Of a stretch of DNA of 64,000 nucleotides, positions 29,036 through 37,907 are shown one piece after another (within the stretch, counting starts at the first letter, position 1; every line of letters begins with the position of its first letter). The stretch is from NCBI GenBank assembly GCA_035486355.1, contig DATHNE010000207.1, positions 521 through 64,520 of the forward strand, in the 5' to 3' direction. Origin of the DNA: Acetobacteraceae bacterium. GTDB lineage: Bacteria; Pseudomonadota; Alphaproteobacteria; Acetobacterales; Acetobacteraceae. Made by a program: the position numbers and the translations under genes. The notes below the pieces were generated by a model that did no database searches, was not told the DNA's origin, and saw only the letters and a list, made by a program, of their open reading frames with translations.

Positions 29036-31059
29036 GCCGCCGCCTGGTACGGCGCGACTTCGAGCCAGGTGCTCTGATAGGTCGCGCCCTCGCCCATGTC
29101 GGTGTAGCGATCGGCGCACAGCATATTGATGGTGCCCGACACTGCCTCACTGTCCGGCCGTTGGCCCACCACCAGCGCGACACCGGGCTGGGTTTCGTCG
29201 CTGATCTTCAGCGTGAACACCACGCTGCCCAGGTCGTTGAACAGACGCACCTGCGCGCCGTCGTTCAGATCGCGTGAGATCGCATCGTCAGGATGCAGGA
29301 TGCACAGCGGCGGGCCTTCGCGGTGGCGTAGAAATTCGACGCGCGAATACACGGTGTGGCTCTGGAAATACCCGGGCGCGGTCAGCAGGCGCAGCGGCCA
29401 GCGTGCGGCGTCCCGTTGTTCGGCCGGATCAAGTTCCCAATCCGGCATCGGCGACAGGCCCTGTGCGGCAAGGCTCGCCGAGTAGAACTCGAGCTTGCCG
29501 GACGGCGTCTTGAACTGCTGCGCCCCCTCGGGCGAGATGTTAATCGGCCCGGCTGATTTGATCGCCACCGGATCGATCGCCGCCTTCCCGCCGGCCCCGT
29601 CCAGCAGCGCCCGAAGCATCTCGTCGGGCGAGGCGCCGAAGATCGGATCATTCAGCCCCATGCGCTGCGCGAGTTCCTGCGCGATCTCGATGTTCGAGCG
29701 CGTGCCCGGCAGCGGCGCCACGGCGCGCGGCCCGTACTGCATATAATAGGCACCGTACGCGCGGTACAGATCTTCCGTCTCCAGATACAGCGTCGCCGGC
29801 AGCACGATATCGGCGTAGCGCGCGGTGACCGACAGGAACGGGTCATGCACCACGGTGAACAGGTCCTCGCGCATCAGCCCGCGCCGCACCTTGGCGGAAT
29901 CCGGACATGTCACCGCCGGATTGTTCGCCGACACAAACAACCCGCGGATCGGCGGATCGCGCAGCTCGAGCAGCGCCTCGCCGATGCGCAGGTGATTGAC
30001 CATCCGCGTCGTCGCCGGGCCGGACGGCTTCTTCACCGCGTCGTAGTTCAGCACGCAGGACGCCGCCGTCATCAGCAACGCGCCACCCCCGCGCTTGCCG
30101 TAAGCGCCGGTGACACCTGGCAACAGCGCGACCGCGCGCATTGCCTGCCCGCCGCGCAGCATGCGCGTCATGCCCTCGCCCAGCCGGATGAACGGCGTCT
30201 TCGCGTTGCCATATAGCGCCGCAAACCGCTCGATGTCCGCCACCGCCAGCCCGGTGATCGCGGCTGTCGCCTCGGGCGTGAAGCGCGGCAGCACCTCGCG
30301 CTCGAGCCGTTCGAAGCCGACCGTCTGCGCGGCGATGTAAGCGCGGTCGCACAGCCCATCACGCACCACGATGTGCATCACACCCAGCGCCAGCGCGGCA
30401 TCCGTGCCGACCCGCAGCTTGACGTGCCAATCCGCCCGCGCGGCGGTGCGGCTGCGGCGTGGATCGATGACCACGAGTTGCACACCCGTACGGCGCCGCC
30501 GCTCTACGCGTGCGAAGAAATGCACATTCGTGGTGACAAGGTCCGCGCCCCAGGCGATCACGAGATCCGAATCATCCACGGTTTCCGGATCGGCCCCACC
30601 GACCGCGCCAACCGTCGCATCCCACGCCGCCTCACAGCACGTGTCGCACACCGTGCCCGGCTGCAGCCGGCTGGCGCCGAGAGCATGAAACAGCCCGTTC
30701 ACCAGCCCACGGTTCATCTGGCCCTGATGCGCACTGTAGGCGTAGCCGAACAATGCCTGCGGCCCGGACTCCGCGATGATCGCCGTCCAGTGCGCGGTGA
30801 TCTCGTCCAGCGCCTCATCCCAGGTGATCGGCGCGAACTGGCCCTCGCCCTTCGCCCCGACGCGACGCAACGGTGAGATCAATCGGTCCGGCGCATTCAC
30901 CAGATCGGCGTCGCGGTTGACCCGCGAGCAGGCGAAACCGGCGGTGAAAGGCTGGTCGGGATCGCCTTCCACGCACACCACGCGGCCGTTGTCCACGTGC
31001 GCCAGCAGCGAGCACATGTCCGGGCAATCGTGCCCGCAGACCACGCGAACGGTTTCCAT
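29032..31059 (-). CDS. molybdopterin-dependent oxidoreductase (MopB superfamily) with N-terminal Fe-S motif
   Basis: N-terminus VVCGHDCPDMCSLLAHV...C (CxxCxxxC...C). 675 aa with molybdopterin oxidoreductase and C-terminal dinucleotide-binding regions. No signal peptide seen. Confidence 0.85.
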   Translation of the reverse strand: METVRVVCGHDCPDMCSLLAHVDNGRVVCVEGDPDQPFTAGFACSRVNRDADLVNAPDRLISPLRRVGAKGEGQFAPITWDEALDEITAHWTAIIAESGPQALFGYAYSAHQGQMNRGLVNGLFHALGASRLQPGTVCDTCCEAAWDATVGAVGGADPETVDDSDLVIAWGADLVTTNVHFFARVERRRRTGVQLVVIDPRRSRTAARADWHVKLRVGTDAALALGVMHIVVRDGLCDRAYIAAQTVGFERLEREVLPRFTPEATAAITGLAVADIERFAALYGNAKTPFIRLGEGMTRMLRGGQAMRAVALLPGVTGAYGKRGGGALLMTAASCVLNYDAVKKPSGPATTRMVNHLRIGEALLELRDPPIRGLFVSANNPAVTCPDSAKVRRGLMREDLFTVVHDPFLSVTARYADIVLPATLYLETEDLYRAYGAYYMQYGPRAVAPLPGTRSNIEIAQELAQRMGLNDPIFGASPDEMLRALLDGAGGKAAIDPVAIKSAGPINISPEGAQQFKTPSGKLEFYSASLAAQGLSPMPDWELDPAEQRDAARWPLRLLTAPGYFQSHTVYSRVEFLRHREGPPLCILHPDDAISRDLNDGAQVRLFNDLGSVVFTLKISDETQPGVALVVGQRPDSEAVSGTINMLCADRYTDMGEGATYQSTWLEVAPYQAAA

Positions 31060-31163
31060 TGTCCCCTCCGGACAGGTTCAGCCTGCCAGTAGGGCAAAGA
31101 ATTGGCCCAGGAGACAGGGCCGTTTGTGCAGGGGTGATCAGACCACTCGCAATGACACGGGGG

Positions 31164-32024
31164 CTACCCGCCCAAGAACCGCTCCGTCCAGCTCTTGTAA
31201 TCCCCTTCCCGCGTCACCCGCGCCATCGTCTCCGCTGACGCGACCCCTGTCAGCTCGCTCGGCTTCGTCCCCTCGCGCAGCGCCTTCAGCGTGTTGTAGG
31301 TGGCTTGCACCGCCGCCGAGAACGGCTGGTGCCCCTGCAACGCGATCCGTACCCCACGGCTGGCGAGATACGCCTTGTCCAGCATGTCCCCGCTCACGCC
31401 GCCCAGCACGATCGGCAGCGTCACCTCCGACGCGATCGCATCGAGCTGATCGCGCGTCATCCTGCCGGCGAAGAACAGCGCATCGACGCCGGTCGTCTGG
31501 TAGGCCTTGGCCCGCTTGATCGCCTCCGCCGTGCCCGCAATCGCCGCAGCGCTCGTGCGCCCGACCACGACGAAACTCTTATCCTCTCGTGCCGCCACAG
31601 CCGCACGCATCTTCCCCACGCCCTCGTCGATCGAGATCAGCGTCGGCGCCTTCTCCCCATACGCACGCGGCAGCAACGTGTCCTCGATCGACGCCGCCGC
31701 CACGCCCGCCGTTTCCAGCTCCTGGACCGTGCGCATCACGTTCAGCGCATTGCCATAGCCATGATCGGCATCCACCAGCAGCGGCAGCTTGCCCGCGCGG
31801 TTGATGCGATAGGCCTGCTCGGCAAACTCGGTCAGCGTCAGCACGATAAGATCCGGCGCACCCAGCACCGTGAACGACGCGATCGAGCCAGCGAACATCC
31901 CAATCTCGAACCCCAGCTCCTCAGCGATCCGTGCCGAGAGCGCATCGAATACCGAGCCGGGATGCACGCACTCCTTGGCTTGCAGCACCGCGCGGAAACG
32001 CTCGCGCCGATCGGTCCAATGCAT
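31164..32024 (-). CDS. PEP mutase/isocitrate lyase superfamily enzyme, PA4872-like (oxaloacetate decarboxylase type)
   Basis: Colinear by eye with P. aeruginosa PA4872 (VFDALSARIAEELGFE, DADHGYGNALNVMRTVQELE.AG, IEDTLLP). Confidence 0.8.
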   Translation of the reverse strand: MHWTDRRERFRAVLQAKECVHPGSVFDALSARIAEELGFEIGMFAGSIASFTVLGAPDLIVLTLTEFAEQAYRINRAGKLPLLVDADHGYGNALNVMRTVQELETAGVAAASIEDTLLPRAYGEKAPTLISIDEGVGKMRAAVAAREDKSFVVVGRTSAAAIAGTAEAIKRAKAYQTTGVDALFFAGRMTRDQLDAIASEVTLPIVLGGVSGDMLDKAYLASRGVRIALQGHQPFSAAVQATYNTLKALREGTKPSELTGVASAETMARVTREGDYKSWTERFLGG

Positions 32025-32035
32025 GTGTACCTCCT

Positions 32036-32458
32036 TTAGCTTAGCCGCAGGCCGATCTGTTGCGGCATCGACAGGAAATCGAAGCTGTTCCAGGCCTCGG
32101 CAATTTGACCATCACGGATGTAAGCGATGCAGATGCCGATGAAATCGACCTCGTTGCCCGTTGGCGTTGCCATTAATCCGCGTCCGTTGTGGGTGCCGGT
32201 GACCCGACAACGTACGACAATCCTGTCGCCGTCAACCAGTGTGTCCTCAATTGCAATGTGGATGTCCGGGAAGGCGGTACGGTATTGATGAAACAGGGGT
32301 TTGTATCCGGCCGGACCGCGGACCTGTTGGCCATCAGGCCCGGCGATACCCTGCGCGATCGCATCCACGGCGAGCAGTTCGTCGATCGCCGCCTCATGCC
32401 CCTGGTTCCACACTTCCTCAAACCAACGACGAACAACCGCGGTGTATTGATTGGGCAT
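32036..32458 (-). CDS. ester cyclase (SnoaL-like polyketide cyclase fold)
   Basis: VVRRWFEEVWNQGHEAAIDELLA...FPDIHIAIED...GTHNG pattern. 140 aa. Confidence 0.75.
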   Translation of the reverse strand: MPNQYTAVVRRWFEEVWNQGHEAAIDELLAVDAIAQGIAGPDGQQVRGPAGYKPLFHQYRTAFPDIHIAIEDTLVDGDRIVVRCRVTGTHNGRGLMATPTGNEVDFIGICIAYIRDGQIAEAWNSFDFLSMPQQIGLRLS

Positions 32459-32470
32459 TGCCTGATCCCT

Positions 32471-34066
32471 TCATGCCGCCGCCACAAACCCATCGCGCCG
32501 CGGATCGCAGCCACCGGTCATCACCCCCGTCGCCGGATTGATCGCGATACCATGCATGCCGCCAACCGAGGTAGTCCACGCTGTGGTTGCCTCCACCGCA
32601 TGCCCACGCGCGCGCAGTGCGGCGATGACCTCGGCGGCAACCCGCGATTCTACCTGCACACGCCGTCCGTCCCACAGCCGCGCGCGCGGCGCATCGATCG
32701 CGTCCTGCATGCCCAGGCCGAAATCGACATGCTGCACCAAAGCCTGCGGCTGCGTCTGGCAGATACCGTAGCTGCCCGGCGTGCCCAGCGACAACACAGG
32801 CTTGCCGTCACGCGTGGCGATGCTCGGCGCCGTCGGCAATGCCAGCGGCGCGCCTGGCTTCAGCGGATTGGTGCCGCGCAGATCGACCTCGCCCCAATAC
32901 AGGAAATTGTTGAGGCACACGCCAAAGCCCGGCACCACGACCCCACAGCCGAACTTCGCTCCCAGGCTCTGCGTGACGCACACCACGTTGCCATGCCGGT
33001 CCGCAACCGAAAGAGATGTCGTATGCCGGCCCGCCGCCGGCGTGCCGGATGGCCGCAGCCATTGCTCGGTCGGCCCCTCGACCGGCTTGCCATCGCGCAG
33101 GCGCACTCGCAGCGCGTCCACCGACGCCGCGCTCATCAGCTCCGCCAGACGTTCCGCAGGTGGGTTATTGTTGGCGATCCGCGCACCCGCCGCCAGCCGG
33201 ATCGCGCGATACATCGCGTCGAGATGTTCTACCCCATTGCGCTCCATCGCTCCCAGCGCGACATCATCCAGCATTGCCAAGGTCAGCAAGTACTGAAACC
33301 CCTCGCACGGCGGCGGCAGCGTGTTCACCGACAGACCGCGATAGGACACCGCTAGCGGATCCAGCCACACCGGGTGCACCGCCGCTAGGTCGCCCATCGT
33401 CAGACAGCCACCCAGTGACCGCACATGCGCCACCAGCGCCGCACCGAGCTTACCACCGTACAGATAACCCGGCCCGTCGGCCGCGATCGCCGCAAACGTG
33501 CGCGCCAGGTCCGGCTGCCGCAGCACGCCACCCAGCACGACGTCACCTGATGTGTAAGTACGCGCCCATTCTTCATAGAACGCCTGCTTGCCCTTGAACT
33601 CCGCCGCGATCTCGTGCAGCGAATACACATTGTAGTCGACCAGCGGGAACCCCTCGCCCGCCAGTGTGATCGCCGGCGCGAACACCTCGCCCAGCGACTT
33701 GCTGCCATACGCGTGCACCAGCTCGCACCATCCCGCGAGATTGCCCGGTGTGCCCGACGCGATCGCGCCGCGCGCCAACTGCTCGCGCTTGCGGAACTTG
33801 CCCGCGGGGAATTCGTTCGGCACGCGCGTGACATAATCCAGTGTGCGGATGCGCTGCTCCGCCGCGATGTAGCAGGTCGCCATCCCCATGCCGGCGAGGC
33901 CGGACATGTATGGCTCGACCACATTCAACGCCGCCGCGGTGGCCGCCGCCGCATCGAACGCATTGCCGCCCGCGCGCAAGATCGCCGCACCCGCCTGCGC
34001 CGCCTGCGGATGCGCCGCCGCGACGATGCCGCGCAGCGAGGAGACTGTTGGCCGCTTGCCGTCCAT
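32471..34066 (-). CDS. gamma-glutamyltransferase-family Ntn hydrolase
   Basis: GIVAAAHPQAAQAGAAILRAGGNAFDAA, autoprocessing-site-like GRHTTSLSVADRHGNVV, and C-terminal GG.DPRRDG. Confidence 0.88.
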   Translation of the reverse strand: MDGKRPTVSSLRGIVAAAHPQAAQAGAAILRAGGNAFDAAAATAAALNVVEPYMSGLAGMGMATCYIAAEQRIRTLDYVTRVPNEFPAGKFRKREQLARGAIASGTPGNLAGWCELVHAYGSKSLGEVFAPAITLAGEGFPLVDYNVYSLHEIAAEFKGKQAFYEEWARTYTSGDVVLGGVLRQPDLARTFAAIAADGPGYLYGGKLGAALVAHVRSLGGCLTMGDLAAVHPVWLDPLAVSYRGLSVNTLPPPCEGFQYLLTLAMLDDVALGAMERNGVEHLDAMYRAIRLAAGARIANNNPPAERLAELMSAASVDALRVRLRDGKPVEGPTEQWLRPSGTPAAGRHTTSLSVADRHGNVVCVTQSLGAKFGCGVVVPGFGVCLNNFLYWGEVDLRGTNPLKPGAPLALPTAPSIATRDGKPVLSLGTPGSYGICQTQPQALVQHVDFGLGMQDAIDAPRARLWDGRRVQVESRVAAEVIAALRARGHAVEATTAWTTSVGGMHGIAINPATGVMTGGCDPRRDGFVAAA

Positions 34067-34125
34067 GACCTGCCCTTCCCGTTCACGCCACAGTGGAAGG
34101 CGCTGCGGGTGAGGTCAAATGCGAC

Positions 34126-35370
34126 TCACGCGCCGATCCACCCCACAACCGCGCCGCTCATGCAGGTCGCCAGCGTCCCGGAGATGATCGAGCGCATGCC
34201 CAACTGCGCAACCTCCGCCCGCCGCTCCGGGATCATGATGCCGATCCCGCCGATCATGATCCCCGCGCTGCCGAAATTGGCAAACCCGCACAGCGCGTAG
34301 CTCATGATCAGCCGCGTCCGCGGGTCGAACATGTCGGCCGGCAGCTTGGCGAAGTCCACATACGCAACGAATTCGTTCAGCACCGTTTTTGTGCCCATCA
34401 GCGCAGCGGCCGTTCCCGCCTCCTGCCATGGCACGCCGATCAGCCACATCACCAGCATGAACGGCCAGGCAAAGATCCGCTCCAGCGTCAGCGCCGCGCC
34501 ACCCCAATGTGGCAGCAACCCCAACGCGGTGTTGACCAGCGCCACCACCGCGATCGTTACCACCAGCGTCGCAATGATGCCGACCAGCACCGGCACGCCG
34601 TCCGCCGTGCCCTTCACCAGCGCGTCGATCGATCCATGTGGCGGGTCGTGGATCACCAGTGTCTCCTCGCCGCGCGTTTCGCGCTGGAACGGCACCATCA
34701 GTGCCGCCACCGCCAGCGCCGCCGGTGTACTGATCACCGAGGCAATGAGGATATTGCCTAACGCATTGGGAATGAGCGGTGTCAGGAACTGGGCATAGAT
34801 CACCATCACGGTGCCGGCGACGCCCGCCATCCCCGCGCTCATCAGCGCGAACAGCTCCCCGCGTGACATCCGATGGAGATAGGGCCGCACCAGCAGTGGC
34901 GCCTCAACCATACCGACGAAAATGTGCACCGCCGCACCCAACGCCAACGCGCCGCTGATCCCCATCCAGCGCCGCAGCAGCCAGGCAAACGCGCCGGTGA
35001 CCCGCTGCATCACGCCCCAATAGAACAGCAACGACGCCAGCGCGCTGATCACCAACACCATCGGCAGCGCCTTGAACGCCAGGATGAAGCTTGCGCCCGG
35101 CTGCGTTTCCTGGAACGGCAGCGGACCACCACCCAGATAGCCGAACACGAATCCCGTTCCGGCCGTGGTCGCGCGCTCCACCGCGTGCGCCACGCGATTG
35201 ACGAAGAACACCACCGACACTGCCGGCGGGAATTTCAACAGCAGCATCGCCAACGCGATCTGCAGCACGACGCCCGTACCAACCGTGCGCCACGGAACGG
35301 CGCGGCGATTTTCGCTCAACAGCCAGGCGAGCGCCAGCAGTGCCACCTCGCCTAACGCAGCATGCAGCAT
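34126..35370 (-). CDS. NupC/NupG-family (CNT) nucleoside:cation symporter
   Basis: 414-aa polytopic protein with a CNT-like N-terminus (LSENRRAVPWRTV..G..LQ) and C-terminus (YALCGFANFGS.GI.IGG). Start overlaps the upstream stop by 1 nt. Confidence 0.82.
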   Translation of the reverse strand: MLHAALGEVALLALAWLLSENRRAVPWRTVGTGVVLQIALAMLLLKFPPAVSVVFFVNRVAHAVERATTAGTGFVFGYLGGGPLPFQETQPGASFILAFKALPMVLVISALASLLFYWGVMQRVTGAFAWLLRRWMGISGALALGAAVHIFVGMVEAPLLVRPYLHRMSRGELFALMSAGMAGVAGTVMVIYAQFLTPLIPNALGNILIASVISTPAALAVAALMVPFQRETRGEETLVIHDPPHGSIDALVKGTADGVPVLVGIIATLVVTIAVVALVNTALGLLPHWGGAALTLERIFAWPFMLVMWLIGVPWQEAGTAAALMGTKTVLNEFVAYVDFAKLPADMFDPRTRLIMSYALCGFANFGSAGIMIGGIGIMIPERRAEVAQLGMRSIISGTLATCMSGAVVGWIGA

Positions 35371-37025
35371 CAGGCGGCGCGCTGGTTGAACGGGTAGTAG
35401 GCCGGGAATTCGCCGACCGAGGTCATATCAACCTCAACCATGCTGGGCCCGCAATGCGCGATCGATTTCGCAACCGTCGCGCCGAAGTCCTCGGCCCGGG
35501 ACACTTTCCAGAACGGAATGTTCGCAATGCCCGCGAGCTGCCCCAGATCGGGCCCTTGCAGATCAGCGAAGAATCGGCGGCCGTGCTGGAACGTGTCTTG
35601 GATGCGCTTGATCACGCCGTAGCCGCGATCGTTCATCACCACGATGCTGATATCCAGCTTCTCCTGCACCGCGGTCCACAGCTCGCCCACGTTCAGGAAA
35701 AACCCGCCATCGCCCGTCATCACGATTGTCTTGCGCCCACCCGCCGCCACAGCCGCGCCAATGCCCAACGACAATCCCTGACCAATGCCAGCGCCGACCG
35801 GAAAAACGTTCTGTTGTGGCGAGTCGATCGGGAACGTACGATTGCCCCAAGTGGTGTTGTTCTGCGTGACGTCGCGCGCCCAGATTGCATCCTTCGGCAG
35901 CACCGATGCCAACTGTGCCGGGAACGACCCATAGACGCCGAGCGTGGCCAGGAAATCCGCTCGTGCCACCTCTCGCAACGCACGGAATTCGGCCGGATAG
36001 GCAGGGTCGATCGCCATGCGTCCCGGCAAGCGCTCCACCAACGCCGCCAGTGTCGTCGCCGCATCGGCACACACGAACCAGGAATTCGCGTAAGTGCGGC
36101 CATTCGCCATTGGATCGGCATCGATCTGGACGATATTCGTAGGCAGTTTCACCGCGAAATCCCCGGTCTCTTGCCCACGTAGCCGCGTACCTACCGCCAG
36201 CAACAGGTCCACACCCTGATAGAATTCCTGCACTTTCGGCATGCCGTTGCCATGCAGTCCGCCCAGGTTCATCGGATGCGCGTCCGACACGATGCCCTTG
36301 CCATTGATGCTGTTCAGCATCCCGCAGCCCAGATCCAGCAACCGTTTCGCCGCCGGTCCCGCCGCCTTCGCCCCCGACCCCAGCCACAGCAGTGGCCGCT
36401 TCGCCGCCGCGACACGCGCCACCAGCTCCTCTAGCTCTGCCCCACTCGGCAGCCGCGGTGGTGGCATCGGCAGCACGAAATTGTCCAACATCGCCGGCCG
36501 CGCGATCGATGCACGCTGGATGTCGATCGGCAGCTCCACGCTCACCGGCCCGGTGGGTGCGCTCAGCGCGGCAACGGCCGCCTGTGTCAACACACCCAGC
36601 GCCTGCTGGGCGGACCGGATCCGCCACGCGGCCTTCCCAACCGCACGCAGCATACCGAGCTGATCAGCGGGATCGTGCACCGTGCCCATGCCGCGATCGA
36701 CGAAGCGCGTCGCGGTCTGCCCAGTGATGTGCAGCACCGGCGAGCCAGCGAACTGCGCCTCGATCAGCCCGCCCACCGCATTCGCAGCGCCCGGACCGGT
36801 GCTGCTGAAGAACACACCCAGGCCACCGCTGGTCCGCGCATAGCCATCGGCCATGTGCACCCCACCCAGCTCCCCGCGCGTCATCACGAAGCGGATCGCG
36901 TTGCGCCGGCCAATGGCGTCCAGCATCGGGATGTTGTGCACAGACGCAATGCCGAACACCGTCGTCACACCGCAGGCGGTGAGAAACTCCGCCACCAGGT
37001 CGCCCACCGTATACGCGCCCGCCAT
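35370..37025 (-). CDS. thiamine-diphosphate-dependent enzyme (acetolactate synthase-like)
   Basis: Start moved to ATG 37025 (MAGAYTVGD) behind GGGAGGG. Has an N-terminal Pyr domain (GELGGVHMADGYAR, TGPGAANA) and a C-terminal ThDP motif (GDGGFFLNVGEL...N). 551 aa. Confidence 0.85.
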   Translation of the reverse strand: MAGAYTVGDLVAEFLTACGVTTVFGIASVHNIPMLDAIGRRNAIRFVMTRGELGGVHMADGYARTSGGLGVFFSSTGPGAANAVGGLIEAQFAGSPVLHITGQTATRFVDRGMGTVHDPADQLGMLRAVGKAAWRIRSAQQALGVLTQAAVAALSAPTGPVSVELPIDIQRASIARPAMLDNFVLPMPPPRLPSGAELEELVARVAAAKRPLLWLGSGAKAAGPAAKRLLDLGCGMLNSINGKGIVSDAHPMNLGGLHGNGMPKVQEFYQGVDLLLAVGTRLRGQETGDFAVKLPTNIVQIDADPMANGRTYANSWFVCADAATTLAALVERLPGRMAIDPAYPAEFRALREVARADFLATLGVYGSFPAQLASVLPKDAIWARDVTQNNTTWGNRTFPIDSPQQNVFPVGAGIGQGLSLGIGAAVAAGGRKTIVMTGDGGFFLNVGELWTAVQEKLDISIVVMNDRGYGVIKRIQDTFQHGRRFFADLQGPDLGQLAGIANIPFWKVSRAEDFGATVAKSIAHCGPSMVEVDMTSVGEFPAYYPFNQRAA

Positions 37026-37073
37026 GCAGCCCTCCCGTCGATTGACGCGAGGCTGAAACAGTGGCCGGTGCAG

Positions 37074-37118
37074 GTCAATCGCACGTCTGTCAATCACACG
37101 TCTGTCAATCGCACGTCT
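37074..37118. repeat. three head-to-tail 15-bp direct repeats (candidate operator array)
   Basis: GTCAATCGCACGTCT (37074-37088), GTCAATCACACGTCT (37089-37103), GTCAATCGCACGTCT (37104-37118). An inverted partial copy GTCGATTGAC sits at 37037-37046. Lies in a 128-nt divergent intergenic region. Confidence 0.9.
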
Positions 37119-37153
37119 TGGCCGACGCGGCACCCGGTGCTAGAACGCGGGCG

Positions 37154-37837
37154 ATGTTGCACGGATCGCGCAAGAAGATGGTGCCGCAGACGATCGGCCG
37201 GCGCGCTGTGTTGTGTGCCGCCGCGGTCGGTTTCGTGCGCCCAGCCACCGCCGCGCTGCCGGTGCCCCCGCACAACGCACTGGGGTTCCGCATGATCCGC
37301 CACGGCGATGAGATCGGCACGCATCGCCTGACCTTCGAGCACGGCGGCGACACGCTGACCGTGCACATCGCGGTTGACGCCGTGGTCACGCTGCTCTCGA
37401 TCCCCATCGTCCGCTACACCCATCGCGGCGTGGAGACCTGGCAAGGCACCACGCTGGTTGGCCTCGCCGGCGAGACCAACAAGAACGGCGAGCACGAATG
37501 GGTGAAGGCAGGCCGCACCAGCGAAGGGCTGCTGGTGCAGGGCAGCCAATCACAGCCGTACATCGCACCCGAGACAGCGATTCCGACATCGTATTGGAAT
37601 AAGCGGATGCTGGACGGGCGCATGATCAGCTTGGAAGACGGTGTGCTGCTGGCCCCGAAAGTGGCCGCTCTGCGCACCGAGAGCATTCGCGTCGCTTCGG
37701 GCAATGTCATCCCCGCCAACCACTACGCTCTCAGCGGCCCGTTCTCGCTCGATCTGTGGTACGATGATGCGGAAGCGTGGGCTGGCATGGCGATGACCGT
37801 CGCTGACGGCTCCGAGGTGCGCTACGAGAGATTGTAA
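37154..37837 (+). CDS. exported hypothetical protein (resembles DUF6134 family)
   Basis: Start moved to ATG 37154 (ATG 37178 alternative). Signal-like GRRAVLCAAAVGFVRPATA, then FRMIRHGDEIGTHRLTFE... predicted beta-rich. Family name is from memory and not verified. Confidence 0.6.
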   Translation: MLHGSRKKMVPQTIGRRAVLCAAAVGFVRPATAALPVPPHNALGFRMIRHGDEIGTHRLTFEHGGDTLTVHIAVDAVVTLLSIPIVRYTHRGVETWQGTTLVGLAGETNKNGEHEWVKAGRTSEGLLVQGSQSQPYIAPETAIPTSYWNKRMLDGRMISLEDGVLLAPKVAALRTESIRVASGNVIPANHYALSGPFSLDLWYDDAEAWAGMAMTVADGSEVRYERL

Positions 37838-37907
37838 CCGTGCCGGTGTCGCGACAGCCAGTGTCGCGCCGGTTGCCGCGCCCGGCACCTAGCGCCATGC
37901 TGAGCCG

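Noticed and set aside
31060-31163. Possible Moco riboswitch upstream of the molybdopterin oxidoreductase gene
   Set aside because: The spacer is only 104 nt. It contains a half REP unit and an ordinary GGAGGGG RBS, and I could not find the conserved Moco-motif blocks.
31164-32024. Candidate prpB (2-methylisocitrate lyase) to complete prpD-prpC
   Set aside because: It is 11 kb away in a different operon, and by eye it is much closer to the PA4872 oxaloacetate-decarboxylase branch of the PEP-mutase/ICL superfamily. I left it as a family-level call.
37061-37153. N-terminal extension MAGAGQSHVCQSHVCQSHV... of the DUF6134-like ORF; also considered as a CRISPR-like or peptide-repeat feature
   Set aside because: The peptide repeat is just the translation of the three 15-bp DNA repeats. 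A start at ATG 37154 gives a normal signal peptide. Three abutting repeats with no spacers are not a CRISPR array.
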